The notes beneath the pieces were generated by a model, which worked only from the letters and a program-made list of their open reading frames with translations, ran no database searches and was not told the origin of the DNA. A DNA stretch of 64,000 bases from the NCBI GenBank assembly GCA_019828565.1, contig JAHDYR010000013.1, forward strand, positions 62,001-126,000. The letters run 5' to 3'. The position numbers were made by a program, and so were the translations under genes. Below are positions 52,769-64,000 of the stretch, in pieces. Source of the stretch: Carpediemonas membranifera BICM. Its lineage: Eukaryota; Protista; Fornicata. The first letter of the stretch is position 1; each line of letters starts with the position of its first letter.

Positions 52769-53243
52769 ATGAAGGCTGCTTTCTATCTTGCCATCATTTG
52801 TTCTCTCCTTGTGGTTGCCTATGCAGATACACACTGCCTCGGCACCCCCGGGAGCTGCACGGAGCTCACAGACTCCACTGAGTGCCACGGTCTCCTTGGC
52901 TGCACCTGGTATCCCCATTTCGACTACTGCTCAGGCACTGCCTACAAGTGCGACCAATTCCTTGCTGCTGGTTTGTATTTCTGCCTTTCCAAACGCTCAC
53001 ATAGACACATGCGGCCAGCAAGGCGATTGCTACTGGGATGCCGGGAGCCACAGCGGTGGTGATAGCATCTTCAGCCACATCAGCGGCGTAGGCATTGCGG
53101 TGACCCTCATCATGCTCTGCTGCATCCTGCCCATCGTTGTTATCGCTGGTGTTGGCGCCGTCGCCGGGCTTGGTGCCCTTGGCGCCTTTGTCATCTACAA
53201 CAAGTCGCAGGCGGCTGCCGCTGGTACCTACACGGAGCTCTAA
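52769..53243 (+). CDS. Small cysteine-rich type I membrane protein (1 intron)
   Basis: Signal peptide, Cys-rich ectodomain, 34-nt intron at 52971-53004, long hydrophobic segment and terminal YTEL. Confidence 0.78.
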
Positions 53244-53457
53244 GTGGGAGTAGCTGGTTAGTAAACAAACCTCAGTACACTTGAGTTGAAAGACCCAATC
53301 AGTGTCGATAACTAAGCCCTGCTGGAAGCTCGCCGTGCTCTGGCAGTGGCGGGGCTGACGCTCTACAGGCAGTCTCCTCGGAAGGAAGAGCAAGACAGCC
53401 GTCTTCCGCGCAGTTTATGTTGGTAAACTGCGAAATCGCGACGTTTGCATTTTCTGG

Positions 53458-54660
53458 ATGCAGAGAGCAAGTTCAGGCTCAGTAGTGCCACCACAAGGCT
53501 ATTTTGATGATGAAGAATACGGTGAAACACCACAATTCCAGTCACCTCAGCAGAACCTCGATGAAGCAGCACAGAACTTGAAATCCATGTTAGAAGGCAT
53601 CGATATGAGCGCAATTAAGGACAAGGAAACACTTAGACGTCTTACGAATCAAATTTCTGGCTTTATCGAGACATATGTCGCCTCGAACGGCGACGACATT
53701 CCGAACGGAGGCACCACCGACGTCATCGCGCAACATCTCTCAGGCCTGATGAGCATGCTTGAGACCGGGTCTCCCGCCATGCCCCAGCAGTCCTTCCCGT
53801 CGCCGCAGTCATCGCCATTCAAGTCCCCCCTGCGGCACATGCGGTCCCCACTCAAGCCGAACACACCGCCGCCCAAGACAACCCGCGCCGCCGAGTTGAG
53901 GACGAGCCTGGTCAACGAGAGCCTGGAGAAGAAGCGCCAGGCTGAGGCCCGTGAGGAGCGGATCACTGAGGGCCGCACGATCACCCCTGGAGCAGAGACG
54001 GATCTACTGGACCGCCTCCAGAAGTGGGGGGAGAACCACGAACACAAGATGAAGATTGCGGTGCAGCAGAAGGAGCAGCAGGAAGCGCTTCGAGTCCCAG
54101 CCAAGCCTACGATCAACGAGAAGTCTCGGGCACTGGTCGCCAACATCCCCCGCATCGAGGACAGACAGAGAGACTTCCTCCAGACCCGGGAGCACAAGAT
54201 CGAGCAGCAGCGGAAGGCTTTACTCGCAGAGGAGCAGGCGAAGTTGCACGGGCCACACATTAACCGGAAGTCACGGCAACTTGCGGCCCACGGAACTGAC
54301 ATGGCCAAGTGGAGCGAGCAGCGGGAGAGGAACCTCGAGCGGCTGAAGAAGAAGCGGGAGGAGGAAGAGGCGTGTGAGTTCAAGCCCAAGATCTCGACCC
54401 GGTCGAAGAAGCTCGTCAGCTCCAGGTCTCAGGACAAGAGCGCGTTTGAACGGCTTACTAACTACATGCCCAAGCCAGCAGCACCCGTTGAAGCAGCACC
54501 GGGGAAGCCAGTGATCACGGACCATGCGCGGCGGTTGAAGAGGGAGACGCCGGCATGGCAGAGGTTGTACGAGACCGGGCGCCGTAAGCCGGATGCCGGG
54601 GTTACTGTGCTGGTGGAGGACCTCGAGGCGGACGAGCTCGAGGAGCTGTTCGACTTTTAG
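53458..54660 (+). CDS. Coiled-coil protein with PxIxxxS repeats (possibly cytoskeletal)
   Basis: KPTINEKS, GPHINRKS and FKPKISTRS repeats between charged coils. Confidence 0.65.
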   Translation: MQRASSGSVVPPQGYFDDEEYGETPQFQSPQQNLDEAAQNLKSMLEGIDMSAIKDKETLRRLTNQISGFIETYVASNGDDIPNGGTTDVIAQHLSGLMSMLETGSPAMPQQSFPSPQSSPFKSPLRHMRSPLKPNTPPPKTTRAAELRTSLVNESLEKKRQAEAREERITEGRTITPGAETDLLDRLQKWGENHEHKMKIAVQQKEQQEALRVPAKPTINEKSRALVANIPRIEDRQRDFLQTREHKIEQQRKALLAEEQAKLHGPHINRKSRQLAAHGTDMAKWSEQRERNLERLKKKREEEEACEFKPKISTRSKKLVSSRSQDKSAFERLTNYMPKPAAPVEAAPGKPVITDHARRLKRETPAWQRLYETGRRKPDAGVTVLVEDLEADELEELFDF

Positions 54661-54986
54661 GGAACTGTAGTATAGCTTTCGTTTCAGCCATAAATGTGGT
54701 TACCGCTCGTTGGTCGTTGGGTCTGCCTGGTAAAGTTGCTCGAGCCATACCATCACATGCCGTGATTCGCCACCCTGTAATACTAATCCTGGCGACAATA
54801 CGGGCGTGAGGAAACATGCTCTCAGTTTTTGGTGCATTTTTGCCGACTCAACCCTGCGAGCAATTTGAGCGAGCAAACGGCCCCTGGTCTACCAATGCCC
54901 CGTGCTACACCCATACAGGGGTCAATTCATGAGTATCGCAGACCTTCTTTGGTTCCGCTTCCAAGAGTCGCGGAGTCGATGTTGCG

Positions 54987-57749
54987 ATGCTCGCCGCCTC
55001 ATTCCGGCCGCCTTTCCATCCGGGGATGCAGCCAAAGCAATGGTCGCAAATGGTATTCAACATACCATTTCGCAACACCTTTCAGCGCTTGCCGATGATG
55101 ACTTGCGCCGAGATCGACGAAATTGTCGGTTTGCTGTGGACTGGCTGGACGAACGGCACCGTTATCGCCCTCATGCCCGATATGAGATCGGTATATTGTC
55201 GTTTCTCTGTCGGAAACTCCGTAGTCCGCACGCTAGTCCCGGCATCGGATGGCATCTTGGTTGTAACCCAGAACGCCATCGAGCACTACTCGTTTGGAGG
55301 AGTCGGAGGTAAGTCCATCTCGTGCCCCGGGATCATAGCGTGTACGAGGATTCCAGGGACCCCCACGGTCGTCACGGCGACACTCGGCGAGCTCTGTTCC
55401 TTGATTAACACAGAAACTGGGAAGACCACGATGCGCCTACCCTCCACATACGGTGTCACCAGCCTAGCCTCGACCAGTGAGTACATACTGACAGGCCACA
55501 CCGACGGCAGGGTCACAGTTTTCCCCACAGCAAACCCGAGACCCGTGAGCGGTGCGGTCATCCACCCCGGACCCATAGGTAAGCTCGCAGTTGTCTCAGC
55601 AGCACCGCTGACGTTCGCTGCGACCGGGCAGTTCCCCCACTCGCCAGTACCCGCCCCTCTGGTCCTCATGGGGCAGCTCGTGCAGGGTCAGATCGTCGTA
55701 CTCCCACCAGTACGGACCATGGCGCCACCAGCAGGCCTGGGTAACGTTCACGACGGCCTAGCAGTGCCGTGTGTGGACGGGAGCGTCCTGGTGCTCTCCC
55801 GTCAGCAGCCGCACTCGCCCACCCTCCAGCTGCCCCCCATCATGCCCATGGTCGCCCAGGCGACTGTATCAGCATGCGGGGCCGACCTCATCGCCGTGGC
55901 GTCGCCCGTGACACCCCAGCTGATGCTCTACACAACAGGAGCCATGCGATCCCAGGTACCCACCCCCGCTGCACTCGGTGTCAAGGCTAGGCGGCCAGTA
56001 CAAGCGTCATGGGGTGTCGCTGACCCCATTCCATGCCCACTCAACCCGCTTCCCGAGAGACTTGCGCGCATGCCGCCGCCCAAGAAGGTGGGGACCAAGG
56101 CTTTGTCCCGCACTGTGTGGCGGGGGTCCGTTGGGACGTACCAGGAGCCTAGGGTCGACCGGAGCAAGCAGCCGCCGCCCCACTACAGGCTACAGCTCGC
56201 AGACTTCGACAGGGTTGCGACGGGGGCGTTTGACTTCGACGCCTCGAACCAGACGACACTTTGCGGTCTCGAACGGACTTCAGACACGGCATTCGTCAAC
56301 GCCATCCTGCAGATGCTGTACGCCATCACCCCCCTGCGCCATTCCCTGCACTCACACGGATTGTGCGACACAGAGCTCTGCTTCACCTGCGAGCTGTCCT
56401 GCGCCCTAGACGGGATGGCGACGTGCTCCCATTTCCACTGCTCAAACCTACTGAGAGCTATGCGGCTGCATCCGGCTGCTGACCAGGCAGGCTTTGGGAC
56501 GTCCCATTTCCCCCTGCCCCAGAGAGTGACCTCCTGCCTTCTATTCCTCCTCAATCATGTAGATACAGCTGTAGATTCTATATCAGATCTTCTCGGTATC
56601 CAGTATGATTCGAAGATCACATGTGCGGGATGCGGGACCGTTGTAGACAAGTCTTCGACTGTCAATTCAGTCGAGTTTGATCCTATGAACCCCACCGAGC
56701 TCTCCACGTCGATCCGGACGATCCAGCACGTCTGCCATGTATGCGGCGGTCTCAAGCAGGCAGAGGTGGTCAAGAAGGCGGCCAACCATCCGCCCTTCAT
56801 CCTCCTTACTGTCGGTGAGTGGCAGAAACGCCCTATTCAGCGGACCTTGAGCGTAGCCGGCGAGGAGTACGCCATCCTGGCTTCCGCGAGTGTCGTTCAC
56901 CAGCAGTTCCCGTCGGGCATCATCCCATCACACACCATTGCCCACGTCCTCTCGCCCGACGGCTGGGTCGCGTGTAACGACTTCACGCTCACCAAGGTCA
57001 CCGAGACCGAGGTCCTTCAGGTCGCACCCTGGCGCCAGCCATTCGCGCTGGTCTACCAGCGCCGTAGTACCGATCCTGTCAGCATGCCGTGCTCGCCTCT
57101 GGTCCCGCCCCACCCCGGGCCGGAGCTGGCCTGCATCCCAGCGGGAGCCAACCTCGGCATTGACATGGAGTTCGTCCTGATCGGTGGTGAACTTTCGCAC
57201 TTTAACTCTGATGGTGACAGAGTGATCGATAAGCTCCCGGAGACGGCCCTCGCACGTGTCACAGTGGTCAAGGAAGACGGCACTCCCATCATCGATGACA
57301 AGATCGCAGCGGTCGAGCCCGTTGTCGATTACGTGACGAGATTCTCTGGGATCGTCGCTGGGGATCTACAGGCCGGCAAGCCAGACGTACTCAGTCTCAA
57401 GCAGGTGTTCTCAAAGATCAAGACTCTCCGGGACATGGGTGTCATCTTCATCGGTCACGGACTCGATAGCGACTTCAGAGTACTCAATCTCGGAGTCAGA
57501 TCGGATCAGATTATAGATACGGTCAAGATCGCCCACCTCCCCGGCAAGCGTCGTCTGGCCCTTCGTTACCTCGCCAAGGCACTCCTCGGCCGCGACATCC
57601 AGGTCGGCAACCACGACAGTCTTGAGGACGCAGTGAGTGCGGTCGATGTGTATCACGAGATTGTGCGGTTAAGGGAAGCTGGCGAGTGGGAGAAGCGGCT
57701 TGAGCGGCTCTATGAGGACGGCCCCTCTCAGAGCTGGGGCAAGGTGTGA
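54987..57749 (+). CDS. PAN2: PAN2 deadenylase catalytic subunit
   Basis: WD40-like N-terminus, inactive USP domain (NAILQMLY, CFTCEL) and DEDD nuclease (GIDMEFV, DYVTRFSGI, GHGLDSDF, HDSLEDA). Confidence 0.92.
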   Translation: MLAASFRPPFHPGMQPKQWSQMVFNIPFRNTFQRLPMMTCAEIDEIVGLLWTGWTNGTVIALMPDMRSVYCRFSVGNSVVRTLVPASDGILVVTQNAIEHYSFGGVGGKSISCPGIIACTRIPGTPTVVTATLGELCSLINTETGKTTMRLPSTYGVTSLASTSEYILTGHTDGRVTVFPTANPRPVSGAVIHPGPIGKLAVVSAAPLTFAATGQFPHSPVPAPLVLMGQLVQGQIVVLPPVRTMAPPAGLGNVHDGLAVPCVDGSVLVLSRQQPHSPTLQLPPIMPMVAQATVSACGADLIAVASPVTPQLMLYTTGAMRSQVPTPAALGVKARRPVQASWGVADPIPCPLNPLPERLARMPPPKKVGTKALSRTVWRGSVGTYQEPRVDRSKQPPPHYRLQLADFDRVATGAFDFDASNQTTLCGLERTSDTAFVNAILQMLYAITPLRHSLHSHGLCDTELCFTCELSCALDGMATCSHFHCSNLLRAMRLHPAADQAGFGTSHFPLPQRVTSCLLFLLNHVDTAVDSISDLLGIQYDSKITCAGCGTVVDKSSTVNSVEFDPMNPTELSTSIRTIQHVCHVCGGLKQAEVVKKAANHPPFILLTVGEWQKRPIQRTLSVAGEEYAILASASVVHQQFPSGIIPSHTIAHVLSPDGWVACNDFTLTKVTETEVLQVAPWRQPFALVYQRRSTDPVSMPCSPLVPPHPGPELACIPAGANLGIDMEFVLIGGELSHFNSDGDRVIDKLPETALARVTVVKEDGTPIIDDKIAAVEPVVDYVTRFSGIVAGDLQAGKPDVLSLKQVFSKIKTLRDMGVIFIGHGLDSDFRVLNLGVRSDQIIDTVKIAHLPGKRRLALRYLAKALLGRDIQVGNHDSLEDAVSAVDVYHEIVRLREAGEWEKRLERLYEDGPSQSWGKV

Positions 57750-58028
57750 AAACTTATCTGAATATGGATATACATATGTAAATGCGATAGATACCGACTA
57801 GCTACCTTATCATAGTCTGATTATGCTAATCCCCCGTTGAACGAGATCGATCGAACTCGTTGTGCTGGGTCGCTTTCCCCCAATTCAGGTCACCCAATGG
57901 TGCAATAAAGATTGCCCTGTGACAAGACATTCATGGTTGGGGAGAGGAAGCCGTCCGCGAGTTGAAGGACTGCGCCTGGGCTATCGCTGATTTGATTTAA
58001 TCATTTTGGATGGCTCAGTTGCGTGGGA

Positions 58029-59309
58029 ATGGCCGAAGTGAAGATAGAGGCGCTTTCTGGCTGGGATTCAAGCCGTCCAAGGCGGAACATTGCTATGAAA
58101 GTATCATATGTCGGCGCTACATACGGAGGCTTCAGCCTGCAACCGCACGACGACAATACTGTTGAATACCATCTATTTAAGGCTCTTCGGAGAACAAGAC
58201 TCATGAATATGGTAGAACTCAGTGGATACTGTCGTGCAGGCCGCACAGACCGCGGTGTCTCTGCCGCTGGCAACGTCATCTCGCTGTTTCTCCGCACAAA
58301 CCAAGACCCAGCCCGCGAGTTCGGCGGCAAGGCGCCCTCAGAAGACGCCATGCCGAGCGTATCACCCAACGCTGTTCTTGACCAAGAGGAGGCCCGTGCT
58401 GCCAACCACACTGTGGATGAAACTGAAGATGTCAAGGAGCTCGACTACGCCAACATGCTCAACAACGTCCTCCCCGCGGACATCAGGGTCAAGCAGTGGG
58501 CCCCGGTCCCCGTGACATTCAATGCCCGGTTCTGTGCGACGTGGCGGGAGTACCGGTACTACTTCCTGCCGGGTAACCTGGATCACGGAGAAATGGCCCA
58601 GGCCGCCAAGTACTTCGAGGGCTACCACGACTTCACCGCCTTCTGCAAGATGGACGTCACTCACGTTCACAACTTTTACCGCAAGGTGCTCGAGACTGAA
58701 ATCGTCACCGCGCCGCAGCTGCAGGTTGACGGCCTTGCGTCGCAGCCAAAGGACGGCGCCGGCCTGACCCCCCAGTCGTCCCAGTCGTACTTCCGGGTGC
58801 GGGGCCACGCCTTCCTGTGGCACCAGGTGCGAGCCATGGCGGCGGTGCTCTTCACAGTCGGGCAGGGGCTCGAAGAGCCGGAGGTTGTTCAGCGCATGCT
58901 GGCAAGAGACCCTGGGTTTGATAGGAAGCCGAACTATGCACTGGCTGACGACTTGCCACTCTGCCTGATGGACGTGGGGTTCGATAGCCCCGTGATGTGG
59001 CGTGCCTCTCCCGAATGCCAGTCCAAACTCAGAGCTCAGGTCCTAAAACTGCACAGTGACTTTGCCACCCAAGCTTCTGTGACAGCAGCGATCGTCGAGG
59101 ATGTCACAGGTGAGCCAGTCCAGACCAAGCCATGGTTCCACCCAGCGCTGTTCCCGATGAAGAACGGCAAGCTGGTCTACGTGTCCGACGGCGATAAGAA
59201 GTACGTTCCCCTATCCAAGCGGCAGGGGGAGCCGACGTACGGGGAGAGGATCAAGGCGCTCGAGGCGAGGAAGCGGAAGGCTGGGGAGATGGAGCCGGAG
59301 GAGGACTAG
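58029..59309 (+). CDS. PUS3: tRNA pseudouridine 38/39 synthase (TruA family, Pus3/Deg1)
   Basis: RAGRTDRGVSA, LNNVLPADIRV, FNARF, HDFTAFCK, AFLWHQVR. Confidence 0.9.
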   Translation: MAEVKIEALSGWDSSRPRRNIAMKVSYVGATYGGFSLQPHDDNTVEYHLFKALRRTRLMNMVELSGYCRAGRTDRGVSAAGNVISLFLRTNQDPAREFGGKAPSEDAMPSVSPNAVLDQEEARAANHTVDETEDVKELDYANMLNNVLPADIRVKQWAPVPVTFNARFCATWREYRYYFLPGNLDHGEMAQAAKYFEGYHDFTAFCKMDVTHVHNFYRKVLETEIVTAPQLQVDGLASQPKDGAGLTPQSSQSYFRVRGHAFLWHQVRAMAAVLFTVGQGLEEPEVVQRMLARDPGFDRKPNYALADDLPLCLMDVGFDSPVMWRASPECQSKLRAQVLKLHSDFATQASVTAAIVEDVTGEPVQTKPWFHPALFPMKNGKLVYVSDGDKKYVPLSKRQGEPTYGERIKALEARKRKAGEMEPEED

Positions 59310-59443
59310 GGGGTGTATGCGGCAGTGGATGACATTGACTATTGATTGCCCACTTGAGTGACCCCAGTGAAAGAATGACATCCACCTTAAAATGCTCAAA
59401 ATTTAGCAAATTCCGAGCCGAGTTCGAACATCAGCCAAACTAG

Positions 59444-61387
59444 ATGCCAGGCATCGAAGAACTAGCCAAGGCAGTTTCAGAGCTGCCATATGCCAAGCAA
59501 TTGCCGCAAACAATGCTTCTGAAGATCTGGAAGAGCCATTTCCAGGTTGTTGAAAATGCCCTGAAGCAGGGCAAGGCTATCAGCACTCCTATTGGCCATT
59601 TCACATTCACAGAAGAAAGTCTTGACGTTGGAACTGTTGGTAAGAAGCTCACTCGTAAGCCGTACTTCCAAATCCAGGAGCGTTTCGCCCGCGCCCACAG
59701 CTTTGTTCAAAACCGTAAGCTCAGAGAGGCTCCGGGCATCCCCACCCTCAAGTTTAGCGAGCTCGATGCTGCCACACACGCTGGCGTAACGAGAGATAAG
59801 ATTGCCGACGGACTCACGCACATCAAGGCAATGATGGGGAAGATGGTGCACGCTCATCAGGAACTCAGGCTGAACTGTGGCATCGGCATGCTCACTATCG
59901 GCTCCACCGGCTCCGTCCAGTTCATGTTCAGCCGATCCTTTGCTGAGGCTGTCTCGACATCGCACATTGTCTCAAAGCGTCCTGCAACTGCCGCATCTCT
60001 CGGTCGTAGACAGTATGATCCTCTCTCAGAGACTCGTAAGGAGGGTACCATCCCTTTCCGCAAGGCTGACGGCACCACCCGTCGTCGTCCCGTCTCTGCC
60101 CGGACCGTTTTTGACCAGATTTCGCAGAATAAGCTCGCCGGTACTGCTAAGCCTACCAAGTGCCAGCGCATCTCTGGGCAACTTACAAACCTCTCTGGCC
60201 TAGGCAACAAAAAGCCCCCGATGACCCGCAAGTCGGTCGGCCAGGAGGCATCCGCCCCGAAGCCAGACGCTGGCCTTGGCGGCAGCCTAGTCATGCAGGG
60301 CACAGGTATCTCTGCTGAGCCCAAGCCCTCCAACGCCACTGCGCCCCAGCCCAAGACCAAGACTGTCGAGGAGCAGGTACGTGAGATGGAGGTTGAGGTC
60401 GGTCTCCGTCATCCCGATCACACGGTCGAACGGGAGCCCACGTTCCAGGAGGTTTACCAGAAGAAGCTCGAGGAGGCTCTGGGCGATGAGGCCCCGAAGC
60501 CCAAGATTCGGGTCCACCGCGAGAAGCCCGGAGCTAAACAGATCAAGGAGGACCTCCTCCGCCTGCAGGAAGAGGCGGAGCAGGCCAGACGCCGCGAGAA
60601 GCAGGAGGAGGAAGAGTTCTTGGAGCAGCAGATGGCCGAGGACAACGCCTACCTCGAGAACGCCAAGCAGAAATTCGAGAATTGGCGCGCCCGCGAGCGT
60701 GAGAACGCCCGCCAGAACATGACCAAGGTCCAGCAGGAAGAGGAGGCCCGCCGCCAGGCCAAGATGTCCGGCATCGGCAAGCCCTGGTACACTGAGTGCG
60801 GAGACATCTTCGCCAAGCGGAAGGATCCCCCGTCGTCCAGGGAAAAGAGCGTCGCCATGCTCCACGTGCTTGACGAGCAGATCGCCCAGCAGGAGGAACG
60901 TGCCCGCCGCGAGACGGAGGAGGAGAGGGCCTGGGCGGAGAAGGCAATCTCTGAGGAGCAGCGCGAGATCCAGGAGCTCGCCCGCATCGAGGCTGCGAAG
61001 CGTCGTGCCGCCCAGGCAGCGCAGGCCGAAGTTCTCCAGCGCCAGATGATGTCCTCGTCGAGGGGCGAGCCCCGCACCTATGCATACGGCGAGGGTTGCA
61101 CTGACCCATTCGCCAACCACGGCGACGACACCGCCATTAAGGCCCGTCTCCAGGCAGAGGCTAAAGCTGCTCTCGAAGAAGGCTGGCGCGCCAAGCAAGA
61201 GCGTGACCGGCAAGAGAAGGAGAACGAGCTTGCTCTCGAGGGCATGTACATCAAGAAGATTGAGGCCGACAAGGAGCAGCTTCAGGCTGAGAAGGAGCGC
61301 CGTGCCTTTCAGACGAGGCGGCAGCAGCTGGAGAATAGACGGGTCTGGACCGAACAGATGAGGGAGCGCAGAGCCAACAAGCTCTAG
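59444..61387 (+). CDS. CCDC81-like protein (HU-like N-terminus plus coiled coil)
   Basis: LKQGKAISTPIGHFTF..RKPYFQIQERF and a long charged coiled coil. Confidence 0.65.
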   Translation: MPGIEELAKAVSELPYAKQLPQTMLLKIWKSHFQVVENALKQGKAISTPIGHFTFTEESLDVGTVGKKLTRKPYFQIQERFARAHSFVQNRKLREAPGIPTLKFSELDAATHAGVTRDKIADGLTHIKAMMGKMVHAHQELRLNCGIGMLTIGSTGSVQFMFSRSFAEAVSTSHIVSKRPATAASLGRRQYDPLSETRKEGTIPFRKADGTTRRRPVSARTVFDQISQNKLAGTAKPTKCQRISGQLTNLSGLGNKKPPMTRKSVGQEASAPKPDAGLGGSLVMQGTGISAEPKPSNATAPQPKTKTVEEQVREMEVEVGLRHPDHTVEREPTFQEVYQKKLEEALGDEAPKPKIRVHREKPGAKQIKEDLLRLQEEAEQARRREKQEEEEFLEQQMAEDNAYLENAKQKFENWRARERENARQNMTKVQQEEEARRQAKMSGIGKPWYTECGDIFAKRKDPPSSREKSVAMLHVLDEQIAQQEERARRETEEERAWAEKAISEEQREIQELARIEAAKRRAAQAAQAEVLQRQMMSSSRGEPRTYAYGEGCTDPFANHGDDTAIKARLQAEAKAALEEGWRAKQERDRQEKENELALEGMYIKKIEADKEQLQAEKERRAFQTRRQQLENRRVWTEQMRERRANKL

Positions 61388-61637
61388 GCGATATGATAGA
61401 TGCATGTAAATAGAGTATATGGGTGAGCTGGGACAGTGTGAGAGAGCTGCCTCGTACTGGCCTGTTGAACTTGTGATGGTGGGTCGCCCCGGTGTCCTTG
61501 GCCATGCCGGTGTGTGGCGACAATATGGGGCATGCATATCTCAGTGTAGGACACCTGCATATGATGGCAGATTTACCCTGATTCGTGCTCGGTTCGGAGA
61601 TTGAGTTGATGTGCACTTTAGGGCTCATTTCGACGAT

Positions 61638-62733
61638 ATGTCAAGCATTGAGCAAAAGAAGGTTGAGAGGAAGCTCAAGAAGCTAAGAGAGAAGGTTGAG
61701 AATAAGACTTGCTTTGATTGCACGCAGCCAGCGCCGACGTACGTCTGCATGGACTTCGGAACTTTCGTTTGCACCAAATGCTCTGGAATTCAGTTCGTTG
61801 CCGCCGTTATTCTTATCTAGCCGTGAAAAGAACCGTGTCGTGAAGTCTGTTTCGATGGCACTTTTTACAATGGAGGAAGTTGATGCCATCATTGGCAATG
61901 GCGCCGCCGAACAGAAATGGCTCAAGGCCTGGACGCCCGAGGACCACAAGAAGCCCTCACCCGCCAACCCGGGCCAGGTACGGGAGTTCATGAGGCTGAA
62001 GTACGAGGTCAAGCGCTGGGCCCAAGCCGCCCCGACACAACCGACGCCCCAGCCCGCCCAGCCGAAGCCCACGCAGGTTCAGGAGGTCCCCAAGCTGGAG
62101 CAGAGCGACACAAAACAGGACCTGATGAACCTGTTCGGCGATTCCAAGCCCGCCCCTGCGTCTGAGGACCCATTCGGGTCCTTCTTTGACCAGAAGCCCG
62201 CCCAGCCACAGCCACAGCCCCAGGCCCAGGCCCAGACTCCTCAGAATGATCCGTTCGACGTCTTCGCCAAGCCAGCTTCCGCCGCCCCTGCTCGCACCAT
62301 CGCCCCAGCACCAGCCCCCACCCCGGCACCCAAGCCCGTGGACCCTCTCGCCGACCTCTTCGGCCCGCCAGTCACCCACACACCCGCCCAGCGGCCCCAG
62401 CCCCAGCAGTATCATGCCCCACCCAGACAGACGGACCCCTTCGCCTCTGAGTTCACCCAACCCGCGGCCCCCGCTCCGGCCCCGGCCGCACACGCCCATA
62501 GCTCGACACTCGACGACCTGTTCGCCACCCCCAGCCCTGCCCAGCCCGTGCACCAGCCGGCCGCCCAGCACAACCCCTTCATGCAGGTCCCGACCCAGCC
62601 TGCCTCCACCAACCCCTTCGCCGGCCAGGAGTTTACCTTTGATAACTCCCCCGCACCTGCGGCCCCTCAAGCTAGGGCTACTAACCCTTTCGACGACCTC
62701 TCTGATGCCGTCAACAGCATGATGTTCAACTAA
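61638..62733 (+). CDS. ArfGAP, AGFG/Hrb-like (1 intron)
   Basis: CFDC..FVCTKCSGIH|R across a 28-nt intron at 61793-61820; DPF/NPF-rich tail. Confidence 0.88.
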
Positions 62734-62983
62734 GAAAATAGGTGTAAATTTCGTTTTTTGAGTGGTATTCAGCGTCAGCCGTGGCTATATGACTCTGGAT
62801 GACAGTGACTGTGACTGTGATGTGAGGGTCAGAGTGATTCCGGTGAAGTTTCACGTTGTTGCGCCCATTTGGTAAGTTTATGAGACATTTTGGTGGTCAT
62901 GCAGGCCCGGTCACGCGTCAATGAGCTGTTATATAGCTTCATGTAACGCAACTTTTCAAAAACTGAAGAACCAAGACAAGACA

Positions 62984-64000
62984 ATGGAACCGCTTCAAGA
63001 GCTTGTACGCCTTGTTGTACAGCTAAATGTCGAGTCCAAGGACGACATTATGAGTCTTTGGAATCGTATCAACAACCCTGTCGAGCCCGAGAAGACCGCA
63101 CTCGTCGAGGAGCCCGAAGAGCCCGAGAAGAAGCCTAATGAAGGCGAGGAGAACGAAGAAGAAGAGGAGCAGGAGCAGCCTGAAGAGGAAGAGGACCCCA
63201 CAGAGGTCCCCTTCGACTCTATCATGGACACGCTCAGCATGCTCTCACGCCATGGCGTCCACCTGCCCGAGACCGAGTGCCACCGCATCGCTGTCGCCAT
63301 CCACAAGTTCGTGAAGAGCAAGCCCTGCTCCGATCTGCGGTTCTTCGGCCGCTTGGAAGCGACGTCGAACAAGCCCTACTATGTGCTCGAGGCCAAGCCC
63401 GATGACGACGAACCCGAGGAGGAAGCCGAGGAGGAGGCTGCTGAGGAGGAGGCTGAGCCTGGCGAGTCTGAATCCACCGTCCCGCCCGGTCCCCCGGCCA
63501 AGCAGGTCGGGCCCCGCACCAAGGGCCTCCCAGCTGCCGACGAGCGCGGTACCGGCCTCAATGAGTTCGCATACTTTGTCTCCACTGACCTCGAGACGTG
63601 GACGCGTCTGCCCGACCTGACCCCGCTCATGCTGTGCCAGTCCCGCTACATGGCGTACAGACTCTCGGGCGACCTCGGCCGTAAGCTGCCCATCAACAAG
63701 GGTGAGGCTGGATACATGAGGTGCATTTTAGCCCGCATTGCCTTCAGCACGGTGGTTCACCCCAAGGGAATGTACATGACGGACCCCGAGGCCGAGCCTG
63801 ACGAGCCCGTCGCCCCAGAGCTGGACGAGGAGTGGCTTGGTACTGAGGGCATTGACTCACTCGACTCCTGGGTGCATGTCCGGAACATGATTTATAAGAA
63901 CGGCAAGGTGTCCTCCTTTGAGGAAGAGGAGGAGGAGCCTGAGGAGCCCGAGGAGGAGGAAGAAGATGACGAGGACGACCCCTTCGCCGCTGTGAAGCGT
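62984..64000 (+). CDS. Flagellar radial spoke head protein RSPH4/6-like, 3'-truncated by window edge
   Basis: LRFFGRL, GTGLNEFAYFV, WTRLPDLTP, YMRCILARI..HPKGMY, SWVH. Confidence 0.88.
   Translation, partial: MEPLQELVRLVVQLNVESKDDIMSLWNRINNPVEPEKTALVEEPEEPEKKPNEGEENEEEEEQEQPEEEEDPTEVPFDSIMDTLSMLSRHGVHLPETECHRIAVAIHKFVKSKPCSDLRFFGRLEATSNKPYYVLEAKPDDDEPEEEAEEEAAEEEAEPGESESTVPPGPPAKQVGPRTKGLPAADERGTGLNEFAYFVSTDLETWTRLPDLTPLMLCQSRYMAYRLSGDLGRKLPINKGEAGYMRCILARIAFSTVVHPKGMYMTDPEAEPDEPVAPELDEEWLGTEGIDSLDSWVHVRNMIYKNGKVSSFEEEEEEPEEPEEEEEDDEDDPFAAVKR

Overview
Gene-dense, GC-rich nuclear DNA from a flagellated microbial eukaryote. The standard genetic code, 28-34 nt spliceosomal introns and a GTAAA 3'-end signal suggest a fornicate/metamonad-like protist, but that assignment is inference. 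About 32 host genes lie on the + strand and only one plausible host ORF on the - strand. Host genes include DDX47/Rrp3, a GH13 amylase, SMIM7, SEC24, Nopp140, calcineurin B, CSN6-like, Bet1-like SNARE, Ndc1-like, U2AF35, Ctr9-like, Sua5, Ub-RPS27a, RPL22, SPCS3, two apparently identical fibrillarins, an Fpk1-type kinase, Pan2, Pus3, CCDC81-like, ArfGAP and a radial spoke head. The main findings are mobile elements and RNA structure. (1) An intein with a degenerate LAGLIDADG endonuclease sits in the Walker A motif of the DEAD-box helicase. (2) A decayed Fanzor1-type RNA-guided nuclease gene lies inside a ~4.2 kb inverted-repeat element with a cargo gene. (3) Two nested chromodomain Ty3/Gypsy retrotransposons have tiny LTRs (52 and 84 bp) and perfect palindromes where the tRNA primer-binding site should be; one carries an antisense, intron-containing chromodomain gene. 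(4) Two ribosomal-protein genes have long introns whose ends pair to an effective length of about 32-34 nt. All protein identities come from motif recognition by eye; no database searches were run.
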